From Candidatus Kapaibacterium sp. (GTDB lineage: Bacteria > Bacteroidota > Ignavibacteria > Kapaibacteriales > UBA2268): 64,000 bases of DNA. Made by a program: the position numbers and the translations under genes. Below are positions 19,748 through 28,544 of the stretch, piece after piece. The notes under the pieces are model-generated. The model had not been told where the DNA came from and made no database searches. It saw only the letters and a program-made list of their open reading frames with translations. The DNA lies in contig OY761611.1 in the NCBI GenBank assembly GCA_963664875.1, positions 2,464,001-2,528,000 on the forward strand. Reading direction: 5' to 3'. Positions within the stretch are counted from its first letter, which is position 1. The number at the start of each line of letters is the position of its first letter.

Positions 19748-21394
19748 CTAATCTTTTTTCTTTTTGTAGTAGTTTATCAGGCTATTGGTAGAGCAGTCGT
19801 GCGTATCCGTTTTAGCTTTGGAACTTAGCTCCGGCAAAATAGATTTGGCGAGCTGCTTGCCCAGCTCCACTCCCCACTGGTCGAAAGAATTGATACCCCA
19901 AATCACGCCCTGCACAAAGACTTTATGCTCGTAAAAAGCCAAAAGACTGCCCAGTACGTTAGGGGTAAGCGTGTCGTAGAGTATAGTGGTAGTGGGCTTG
20001 TTGCCTGCAAATATTTTATGCGGCAGCAAAGCCTCAATCTCAGCCAAAGATTTCCCCTCAGCCTGCAGCTCCGCAAAAGCTTCCTCTACGGTTTTGCCTT
20101 TCATGAGCGCTTCGGTCTGAGCGAAGAAGTTAGACATCAGTTTGTCGTGGTGGTCGCCCACAGGATTGTGCGACATACATCCGCCGATAAAATCGACCGG
20201 AATAAGCCTGGTCCCCTGATGAATAAGCTGGAAGAAAGAGTGCTGAGAGTTAGTGCCGGCAGTTCCCCACACGATAGTGCCTGTGAGATGATCCACCACC
20301 TCACCGTCCTTTTGGATAGCCTTGCCATTTGATTCCATATCGAGCTGCTGCAAAAATTCAGGGAGCTTTTCTAAATACTGTTCGTAAGGGATGACCGCGT
20401 AGGATTCGGCACCAAAGAAATTGGAGTACCAAATGCCGAGCAAAGCCATGATTACGGGTATATTATTGTGCAGCTCAGAGTTCCGAAAATGAATATCAGC
20501 TTCGTAGGCACCACGAAGCAGATCCTCGAAGTTGTCATAGCCGATATAGAGAGCTATGGAAAGACCGATAGCAGACCAAAGGGAGTACCTGCCTCCGACC
20601 CAGTCCCAAAAACCAAACATATTTTTAGGGTCAATCCCGAACTCTTTGCATTGAGCCTCATTAGTAGAAAGAGCAACAAAGTGGCGAGCCAAATCTTTCG
20701 AGGAAGTAGATTTATGATTAAGGAACCATTTTTTTGCAGTATTAGCATTGGTAAGCGTTTCCTGAGTAGTAAAAGTTTTAGAAGCAATAATAAACAGGGT
20801 AGTCTCAGGGTTCAGCTTTTTAAGAGTTTCATTTATATCAGTAGCGTCAATATTCGAAACAAAATGCACATTTATGCCGGCTCTGGCGTAAGGAGTCAGG
20901 GCTTTGCAGACCATACGGGGGCCGAGGTCGGAACCTCCAATGCCGATATTAACAATATCAGAAAATCGATGCCCGGAAAAGCCGAGGTAGCTGCCGTCAT
21001 GGATGCTGTCGCAAAACTGTTGCATTTGCTTTCTGACCGCGAGGATATTGGGCATAACGTTCCAATCATCCACTTTGACCGGCTTGTCGGAAAAGTTGCG
21101 GAGGGCAGTGTGCAGCACAGATCGCTTTTCTGTAGTATTAATCTTTTCGCCGGAGAACATTTCTTCGGTTTTTTCTTTTATTTTGCAGGCATTAGCCAAT
21201 TTGATAAGGAGCTCGAGAGTAGTCTCGTCGATAATATTTTTTGAGAAGTCAAAGAGAATCCTGTCAAACTTTTTAGAGAACTTATCAAATCTGAGATTAT
21301 CAGCCTCGAAGAGTTCACGCAAATGGACATCGCCCATTTCTTTTGAATGAGCGAGCAGAGCAGCCCATTCTTTTAATTCAGTTAGCTTAGCCAT
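19748..21394 (-). CDS. pgi: Glucose-6-phosphate isomerase
   Basis: IGIGGSDLGP, ASKTFTTQET, WDWVGGRYSLWSAIG, QQLDMESNGK, FDQWGVELGK. Confidence 0.98.
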   Translation of the reverse strand: MAKLTELKEWAALLAHSKEMGDVHLRELFEADNLRFDKFSKKFDRILFDFSKNIIDETTLELLIKLANACKIKEKTEEMFSGEKINTTEKRSVLHTALRNFSDKPVKVDDWNVMPNILAVRKQMQQFCDSIHDGSYLGFSGHRFSDIVNIGIGGSDLGPRMVCKALTPYARAGINVHFVSNIDATDINETLKKLNPETTLFIIASKTFTTQETLTNANTAKKWFLNHKSTSSKDLARHFVALSTNEAQCKEFGIDPKNMFGFWDWVGGRYSLWSAIGLSIALYIGYDNFEDLLRGAYEADIHFRNSELHNNIPVIMALLGIWYSNFFGAESYAVIPYEQYLEKLPEFLQQLDMESNGKAIQKDGEVVDHLTGTIVWGTAGTNSQHSFFQLIHQGTRLIPVDFIGGCMSHNPVGDHHDKLMSNFFAQTEALMKGKTVEEAFAELQAEGKSLAEIEALLPHKIFAGNKPTTTILYDTLTPNVLGSLLAFYEHKVFVQGVIWGINSFDQWGVELGKQLAKSILPELSSKAKTDTHDCSTNSLINYYKKKKD

Positions 21395-21528
21395 GTTTTT
21401 AGTCTCAAAAATATTGAAATTTATGATTACCTAAATGTAATCATAAAAAAGGATATAATCATATAAAAAAGAACGGTTGATTGATATATTTTATTTTTTT
21501 GCATGTGCAAGAGGAGCTGAACGGCAAG

Positions 21529-21565
21529 AAAAAAGCGGCAGAAGTGTAAAATGTCTTCTGCCGCT
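21529..21565 (-). terminator. Intrinsic terminator after T9SS cargo gene
   Basis: AGCGGCAGAAG / CTTCTGCCGCT stem with a T run on the minus strand. Confidence 0.85.
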
Positions 21566-21591
21566 AAGAGATGATTTCTATCAGGTATAGC

Positions 21592-24558
21592 TTAACGCTG
21601 TTTTATGATGACAAAATTCTGATTGATGTTGTCGCTTGTAAGTGTTATCATATACTGTCCGTTAGGCAATTCGCTAATAGGTATAGAGACAGAGTTTTGG
21701 CCTTCCGGCATTTCTATAGAGCCGGAGCTTTGTTTAGAGCCGGTGTTAGAGTATATACTGTAATCTACCTTATCGGAGAAGTTAGAAGTATAACTGATAG
21801 TAATAAACTCAGCACTTGGCATAGGCGAAGGCTTGCCGATATAAAGCTCATAAGGCACACCGTTGCTGGTAAGTTTGAGCGGCACATCACATTTGGTCAG
21901 AGCGTCAAACTCGATAGGGGCGGCATCAGCAGCCACCGGCAAATAATCAGAGAAGCAATCGGCTTCAATGATGATAGTGTCTCTGTATCGTTCGGCTCTA
22001 ACTAAATCCGGGTGATAAATGACTTCAATACCTTTTTCTGTAAAAGGAGGAATAACTAATGGGAATTGACCTTTTGGCACGGAAAAATGTCTGTTGATTA
22101 CAGCGTAAGCATCAATTATAGTCTGAGGATACTCACCATAATTTTCTAAATAAACAGAATCCTTGCCGATATATCCCACCTTAAACTCGCCAAAATACTG
22201 CTCAGTTTTATCAGGGGAGCTGTCGATATCTGCCACAAGTCTAAGGGACATAGGATAGAGCGTATCAGTAACAGAAGTTACATTGCCGTAAGCATCGATA
22301 ATCCTGAGAGCATAAAAAGCAGGCTTTTTGGTGTCCAGCACCATCAATCTGACAGAGTATTTTGCAGCTTTGTTTTCCTGCTGCTTTTCGATATTATTTA
22401 AAGAATCGAAGATTACCTGATCAATACCCAAATCAAATTCGGTGGAGTCAGTAGCTACAATATCGATATACTTATTGCAATCCCCAGTCTGAGTAGTAAC
22501 TTTAGGTTTTTCCGAATCAGCCAAGAACTGATAAGACACACCGGCAACGTTTCTATCGAGACAGTCTCCGGTGATGTAAATGGTGTCTTTAATTACAAGA
22601 GGCGTATCCGAGCTAAAGCAGAGCTGAAACTTTTTAGTTTCTCCGGGTTGGAGATTTAAAGGTAGCTGAATATTTTCCAAGCCATAAGCTTTGCCCAACG
22701 TTTTGAAGTTGATATCGCTGATAGTTTGCTTGAACTTTCCATAGTTTTGCAGAATCAAATCGAAACAATGTGTAAGTTTAAGCTTAGAGTTTTTATGATT
22801 ATTCTCATAAATATCAGTAGCGTTAAGTTTTGATTCGTAGGCTACAGTGAAGCCCGGCAAATCAATTTTTTTACTGTATCCGAAGCCCATAGAATCTCTG
22901 ACAGTATAAGATATACTTGCATCAGCAAATCTGTCTAAGACTGCAGCTTTAAAAGAGATAATTTGAGGAGCATTAGATTTATCAATAGTCAGATCTAAGT
23001 TGGTGTTGTTGTCAATATTAAAGTATTCGATACCGGAATCATACGGTAAAGTATCAGTAACAACGACATCGGCGTTGAAACAGTCTTTTTTCTCTGTAAT
23101 AACAGGGTCTTTGTGGTCAAAAATTCTAAAGTTCATACCACCGATATATCCATAAGAATTAGCAGGGGCATAGCCATAGATATAAATGGCAATATCTTCA
23201 TCACAGGTGATAGTGTGTACCCCATCCGAGCTTTTAAGAACTTTGTATTCGTAGTCAGAGTTTGGTATCGGCAAATAACCTGTTTGAGGCACAGCCACTC
23301 CGTCAAATTTGAGAGAAGATTTACCTTTAGAAGGAAGAATTACCGCAACATACTGATCGGTATATAAGTTCGAACCGTCTTCTTTCGTTTGAGTATTGAT
23401 AAATTTGTATTCGTTATAGAACTGCTCCTTAGGATGGATTAGCATCATAAGTGGGTCACCGGTGTTGGACTTTCCCCCGGTTCCATTTGTTTGAGTAGTT
23501 TTAGCATAGGTTGCGACTTGCATTGGAGCAGAAGAAGAAAGATGAATAGCAGAATCAACATTTAGTTCTAAAAATTCAGCTCTATCTAAATTTTTTAGGA
23601 ACTGTCCGTTTAATGTAATCCTATTGTTATCAGAAGCGGAAAGTACACGAACAAGATCCTTATTTCTAATACCATCTTCTACAGTTTCGAAAGGAACAAC
23701 AAATGCACTTTTGTGCCACGATTCCACAGGTATTAGCTGTTGTAAAAGATAGTCTCGCGAAGGATTATTTGTGTTCTCTAATGGAATTTGTGCTCTTTGG
23801 TGTCCGCCGATAACGGTAACAGGGGCAGAGGCAACAATTCTTGTACCTGTAAGATCGTAAGCTACATCAGTGCTTTTAGCAGATTGCACTAAATATGAAT
23901 TTCCCTTATTCATGTTGATTGTAAAAGGCTGATCACCATGGACTTGGGTGGGGTTTCCAGCAGGAGGAGTTATTTCAACTGAAGTATTATCCTCAGTGGC
24001 AACAATTACAAACTGGGAAGGAGTAACATCTACTAAATTGAACCTCAAACCGGCTTTGTAACTCATAACATAATAATTTTTACCTATAGCATCTATAGGG
24101 TAAACTAATGTTGCATCGCTGGTGGTTACAGCTTGATTCTGGATATAAACAGATATTTCTTCATCACTTGTAAGGTGGAAAGAAGCAGGAGATATTTTTT
24201 CATTGTCGTTTTTAACATCTGTGTTGCCTAAAATATCCTTACTGTCATTCCATCCAATTAACTCCAAGTCTTTGTGGAAAAATTCTAATATCTCAATTTT
24301 ATTCACATCTATGATTTGAAATGTCTTTTGAGATGTTCCTCCGAATCTGTTTGTATAGTCAAGAGTGCAAGTCGTTGGAACATCTGCAGCTATGAATATA
24401 TAAAGTTTATCATCAGGATCGTTTTTACTATTATGATAATTCGGAGGGAAAGCAAACCAAAATTCTTTGCCTTTGCTGTCTGCAGGAGGCTTTTCTTGGG
24501 AGAACAGCAAGACTGAACTCAATATAAGCATCAGAAATAAAGTAGGGATATATCTCAT
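21592..24558 (-). CDS. Secreted IgGFc-binding-domain protein with Ig-like domains and T9SS C-terminal sorting domain
   Basis: Signal peptide, GKEFWFAFPPN, SQFVIVATEDNT, DLTGTRI, QQLIPVESW, YGY..SYGY. CTD PSPMP...LPNGQYMI...IIKQR. Confidence 0.85.
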   Translation of the reverse strand: MRYIPTLFLMLILSSVLLFSQEKPPADSKGKEFWFAFPPNYHNSKNDPDDKLYIFIAADVPTTCTLDYTNRFGGTSQKTFQIIDVNKIEILEFFHKDLELIGWNDSKDILGNTDVKNDNEKISPASFHLTSDEEISVYIQNQAVTTSDATLVYPIDAIGKNYYVMSYKAGLRFNLVDVTPSQFVIVATEDNTSVEITPPAGNPTQVHGDQPFTINMNKGNSYLVQSAKSTDVAYDLTGTRIVASAPVTVIGGHQRAQIPLENTNNPSRDYLLQQLIPVESWHKSAFVVPFETVEDGIRNKDLVRVLSASDNNRITLNGQFLKNLDRAEFLELNVDSAIHLSSSAPMQVATYAKTTQTNGTGGKSNTGDPLMMLIHPKEQFYNEYKFINTQTKEDGSNLYTDQYVAVILPSKGKSSLKFDGVAVPQTGYLPIPNSDYEYKVLKSSDGVHTITCDEDIAIYIYGYAPANSYGYIGGMNFRIFDHKDPVITEKKDCFNADVVVTDTLPYDSGIEYFNIDNNTNLDLTIDKSNAPQIISFKAAVLDRFADASISYTVRDSMGFGYSKKIDLPGFTVAYESKLNATDIYENNHKNSKLKLTHCFDLILQNYGKFKQTISDINFKTLGKAYGLENIQLPLNLQPGETKKFQLCFSSDTPLVIKDTIYITGDCLDRNVAGVSYQFLADSEKPKVTTQTGDCNKYIDIVATDSTEFDLGIDQVIFDSLNNIEKQQENKAAKYSVRLMVLDTKKPAFYALRIIDAYGNVTSVTDTLYPMSLRLVADIDSSPDKTEQYFGEFKVGYIGKDSVYLENYGEYPQTIIDAYAVINRHFSVPKGQFPLVIPPFTEKGIEVIYHPDLVRAERYRDTIIIEADCFSDYLPVAADAAPIEFDALTKCDVPLKLTSNGVPYELYIGKPSPMPSAEFITISYTSNFSDKVDYSIYSNTGSKQSSGSIEMPEGQNSVSIPISELPNGQYMITLTSDNINQNFVIIKQR

Positions 24559-24730
24559 ACAGCACCCGTTATTATTTATTTATAATTTTTATAATTTCTC
24601 TATTTATAGTACTTTGCAAGGCTTTTTTTTATAAGCGACTTATCACCTTAAGTCTTATTTTTAGTGTATTTGATATTTAACAAAATAGCAGATATGCAGT
24701 TCATGTTACTAATTATGGTACAGTTTAAAT

Positions 24731-25273
24731 ATGAAAAAGTTGCTACACGCCGAAATATTGGGGGAACGTATCTCCACCGAGGAATCGAAAGAAATCGAAC
24801 GTTTCCCTGTTTCTGTCATGTTAGATAATATTCGAAGTCTTTATAACGTAGGTTCTATTTTTCGCACCTGCGATTCAGCAAGAGTTGCTAAACTTATAAT
24901 GTGCGGCTTTACTCCTCATCCGCCAAGAAAAGAAATCGAAAAAACTGCACTTGGTGCTGTCGATACAGTGCCATGGCAATATGAACAAGACATATTGAAA
25001 GCTATAAAAGAACAAAAGGCTCTTGGCATAAAGGTAATCGCAGTAGAGCTAACTGATAAAAAGCGCGATTATACTAGTCTGACTGCTGACGATTTTCCGA
25101 TTTGCCTCGTCCTTGGTAATGAGCTATCGGGCATTTCTGATGAGGTGCTTGCCGAATGCGATGACGCAATAGAAATACCCATGCACGGAGTGAAACACTC
25201 TCTCAATGTTGGCGTCGCTGCCGGCATCACTATTTTTGAATCCATAAGAATATGGAAAGAAAACAGTCTCTAA
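24731..25273 (+). CDS. TrmH/SpoU-family RNA 2'-O-methyltransferase
   Basis: LDNIRSLYNVGSIFRTCD, LVLGNELSG, IPMHGVKHSLNV SPOUT motifs. Confidence 0.93.
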   Translation: MKKLLHAEILGERISTEESKEIERFPVSVMLDNIRSLYNVGSIFRTCDSARVAKLIMCGFTPHPPRKEIEKTALGAVDTVPWQYEQDILKAIKEQKALGIKVIAVELTDKKRDYTSLTADDFPICLVLGNELSGISDEVLAECDDAIEIPMHGVKHSLNVGVAAGITIFESIRIWKENSL

Positions 25274-25334
25274 TCAAAAGCCCATATTTTAAAGAACACA
25301 TGAGATAATATTTAGTTACAAAGAAAACAGAAAT

Positions 25335-26099
25335 ATGAGAAATAAAATTGCTGTCCCTGACACTCCCTACCTGAAAGATTTGTTTGCCAATGCAGATAGG
25401 GTAAAAAAAGAATATGATATAGAGTTTTTTATTGTGCCCGAACATCAAATTGGAGAGTATTTTCATAATAACAGATTTGATTTGGCACTGCTCTCACCTG
25501 CAGATTATGCAATGGGAATTGGCAATGCAGATTATAGAATTGTTGAGGGACCTTGCTTTGCAGCTGAAGCATTCACCCGATTGGCTTCAGTATATTTCAA
25601 GCCTAATCTTGCTTCCATTTCTTCGATTGGAAGTGCAAATAAAGACAATTTTATGGTGCAAATTGCCAAATTACTCATGGCTGAAAGATATGAAATATAC
25701 TCAGAGATTCGAAAAAGTTCTACACAGATTGATGAAGCATTGACTGAAAACGATGCGTTTATTACTTTGACTCATAGTGATAATGCTGCTTTGGATATAA
25801 GTGAGGAATGGTATTTAAATTCTTCATCACCACTTCCATTGGCTTTTTGGGTCTGCAGAAACGAAGAAGCTCCGGATAATATAATTGAAATATTGAATAA
25901 ACTTGCTGTGGACTTCTATAAATCTGATATTATTATTCATGAGCATTCCGAAGACGAACTGATGGTAAGAGAGGGCAGAATTATTAGACACTGGAATGAA
26001 GAAATTTCTAATTCCTTGGTAGAGGTTATGGAATTGCTTTATTATCATCAAATAATTCCCGAAATCGGCGATGTAAAAATGTATGGTTATGATGATTAG
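25335..26099 (+). CDS. mqnA: MqnA/MqnD-family menaquinone (futalosine pathway) protein, probably chorismate dehydratase
   Basis: DLALLSP.DY, YRIV...C.AA, DISEEW...PLPLAFWV resemble MqnA blocks, but the sequence is divergent. Confidence 0.65.
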   Translation: MRNKIAVPDTPYLKDLFANADRVKKEYDIEFFIVPEHQIGEYFHNNRFDLALLSPADYAMGIGNADYRIVEGPCFAAEAFTRLASVYFKPNLASISSIGSANKDNFMVQIAKLLMAERYEIYSEIRKSSTQIDEALTENDAFITLTHSDNAALDISEEWYLNSSSPLPLAFWVCRNEEAPDNIIEILNKLAVDFYKSDIIIHEHSEDELMVREGRIIRHWNEEISNSLVEVMELLYYHQIIPEIGDVKMYGYDD

Positions 26100-26105
26100 T
26101 TTATT

Positions 26106-27266
26106 ATGCTGATAACTCCAAAACAAACAAATCGTTTTCGTACTGTCGGTATTATGTCCGGTACATCTATGGATGGTATAGACACCGCTATAGTAGATTT
26201 TTTGTATAAAGATGGTATTATAAGCTACGAAATGATTGCCTATCAGGAGTATGACTACCCGGAAGAGCTGAAAAAAAAGATACTCTATATGCTAATTGGT
26301 GGGCTTACTTTGCAGGATGTTGCCTCTGTAAATACTTACATTGCTGAAATATATGCAGGAGCTACCCTGAACATTTTGGCAGAAAACAAAATATCTACTG
26401 ACGAGATTGATTTTATTGGTTGCCATGGTCAGACTCTTTGGCATCAGCCTAAGGCATATCAGTTTTGTGGTAAAGGTATCAGAACCACTTTCCAGGCTAT
26501 AGATGCTGCAGTACTTGCCCATAAGACCGGGATATCTGTAATTTCAGATTTCAGATCGGCAGATATGGCTGCATCAGGCCAGGCTGCACCATTAGTTCCG
26601 ATATTTGATTATTATTTTCTTTCTTCAGATAAGCACCGAGCTGTCCTAAATATAGGCGGCGTGTCCAATGTTACTCTTCTGCCTCCCTGCTGCGAAAGAG
26701 AAAATATATTTGCATTTGATACCGGACCTGGCAATGTAATGATTGATATAGTTGTAAGTAAGCTATATGGCAAAAAGTATGACGCAAAAGGTCAAATAGC
26801 AACTTCAGGGACTTTGGTACAAGATTTATTTGAAGAGCTAAAGTCTATCCCATTTATACTCGAAAAACCTCCCAAATCGACCGGTAGAGAATTTTTTTCA
26901 GAGCGATATGTTTCAGAGCTATTAGAAAAGTATCGCTATGCCAAAAGTGAGGATTTGGTTTGTACATTTAGCTATTTTACTGCTTATGCAGTAGCAGAAA
27001 ATATTAGACTATATGGTGAAGCTGAATGCGAGATTATTTGTTCGGGTGGTGGTGCAAAAAATAAATTTATCATGTCTAAAATTACCGAGCTTTTACCTGA
27101 AAGTAGAATGCTCGATACGGAAGCTCTGGGACTTAATCCGGATGCAAAAGAAGCAATCGCATTTGCATTTTTAGCTGTGCTTTTTGCGACCGAAGCCCCC
27201 GGCAACATTTTATCGGTTACCGGGGCAACTAAAGAGAAAGTATTAGGCAGCTTTACTCCTGCCTAA
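26106..27266 (+). CDS. anmK: Anhydro-N-acetylmuramic acid kinase
   Basis: GIMSGTSMDGID, GCHGQT, DFRSAD..GQAAPLVP, LNIGGVSN, FDTGPGN, PPKSTGRE, KEAIAFA. Confidence 0.97.
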   Translation: MLITPKQTNRFRTVGIMSGTSMDGIDTAIVDFLYKDGIISYEMIAYQEYDYPEELKKKILYMLIGGLTLQDVASVNTYIAEIYAGATLNILAENKISTDEIDFIGCHGQTLWHQPKAYQFCGKGIRTTFQAIDAAVLAHKTGISVISDFRSADMAASGQAAPLVPIFDYYFLSSDKHRAVLNIGGVSNVTLLPPCCERENIFAFDTGPGNVMIDIVVSKLYGKKYDAKGQIATSGTLVQDLFEELKSIPFILEKPPKSTGREFFSERYVSELLEKYRYAKSEDLVCTFSYFTAYAVAENIRLYGEAECEIICSGGGAKNKFIMSKITELLPESRMLDTEALGLNPDAKEAIAFAFLAVLFATEAPGNILSVTGATKEKVLGSFTPA

Positions 27267-28369
27267 TCAGTTAAAGAATCGTTCCGTAGAATATTTGCTT
27301 CCGCAGTTTCATTTGTCTTAACAAGTTTTACTATCTCCCCCGGGTAAGTGTCTATCAATCGTACATTTTTTTCGTTTGCAGCTGTCTTTGCACGAATAAT
27401 TGGTTCGTCCCAGGCATGGAGAGCAAGATTGAAAGTGCCCCAATGGATAGGTAACATTTGTTCACCTTTTACTGTTTTGTGTGCATCAATAGCTTCTTCC
27501 GGAGTCATGTGTATCAAAGGCCAGTTATTTCCGTAGGCACCTAACTGCACTAAAGTCAAATCAAATGGCCCCAACTTATTGCCGATTTCTGAGAAAGAAG
27601 GCATTGCACCTGTGTCGCCTGTATAATAAAAATTGTAATTGTCAGTTTTTACAGCAAAGCCTGACCACAAAGTAGAATATCTATTGGTCAGCCCACGACC
27701 TGAGCCATGCCTTGCAGGGGTGGCTGTAATTTCGAAATCAAAAAGATTAACAGAATCCCACCAGTCCAGTTCCACAATTTTATTTTCATCGACTCCCCAA
27801 GATTTTAAATAACTACCGACAGCGAGAGGTACAACAAACATCGAAGTTTTATCTTTAAGTATTTCGATAGTGTTTTTGTCTAAATGGTCGTAGTGGTCGT
27901 GAGAAATCAGAATAATATCAAGCATAGGGAAACTTTCGGCATCTAAGGGTGCCGGGTGGAAACGTTCCGTGCCTATCCACTGCACCGGAGAAGGTCTATT
28001 GCTAAATACCGGATCGGTTAGTATATATTTGCCTTGTAGTTTGAGCAGCACTGACGAATGTCCAAGCCAGATAACATAGTTTTCGTCATTAGGTAAATGT
28101 TCTAATTCTTCTTTAGACAACAATCTGTGCTTAGGAATAAACTCCGGAATAGCACGTTTTGATTTATTGAAAAGAACATCTTTGCTCATCTCAAAAACCG
28201 AAGTGACTATAGTCGGAGTTGGTAGCAAGTTGTGAAACTTTCCGTCTCTGTAATTAGGCGATTTATTTAATCTGTCCATTGTTTTCGAATCATGGCTAAC
28301 AGAAATTGTATTGCACGAGTTTAAACTTATCATCAGAAATGTTCCAATCAGAAGTAGTTGTAAAAACAT
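27263..28369 (-). CDS. Metallo-beta-lactamase-fold hydrolase (NAPE-PLD/RomA-like), possible lipoprotein
   Basis: WLGHSS, TDPVFS, SHDHYDHLD, PARH, GDTG, PIHWGTF. Stop codon overlaps the convergent anmK stop. Confidence 0.9.
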   Translation of the reverse strand: MFLQLLLIGTFLMISLNSCNTISVSHDSKTMDRLNKSPNYRDGKFHNLLPTPTIVTSVFEMSKDVLFNKSKRAIPEFIPKHRLLSKEELEHLPNDENYVIWLGHSSVLLKLQGKYILTDPVFSNRPSPVQWIGTERFHPAPLDAESFPMLDIILISHDHYDHLDKNTIEILKDKTSMFVVPLAVGSYLKSWGVDENKIVELDWWDSVNLFDFEITATPARHGSGRGLTNRYSTLWSGFAVKTDNYNFYYTGDTGAMPSFSEIGNKLGPFDLTLVQLGAYGNNWPLIHMTPEEAIDAHKTVKGEQMLPIHWGTFNLALHAWDEPIIRAKTAANEKNVRLIDTYPGEIVKLVKTNETAEANILRNDSLTD

Positions 28370-28478
28370 ATATCTTCTCCTTAGTTATTAAAAACATAAA
28401 ACGGAGAAAGATATAAATTGTTACAACATTGGAGATTAAAGCCGAGGGTATTATCTAATCGAATAGCTGATTGCATAT

Positions 28479-28518
28479 AAAAAAACCGGGCTTCAATTAA
28501 GAAAACCCGGCTTTTTTT
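28479..28518. terminator. Bidirectional intrinsic terminator
   Basis: A7-CCGGG ... CCCGG-C-T7. Confidence 0.8.
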
Positions 28519-28544
28519 ATCTTAAGGAAAAGTGTAAAGCATTG

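Noticed and set aside
20468-21244. 258-aa plus-strand ORF
   Set aside because: Antisense to the highly conserved pgi, with no motifs of its own.
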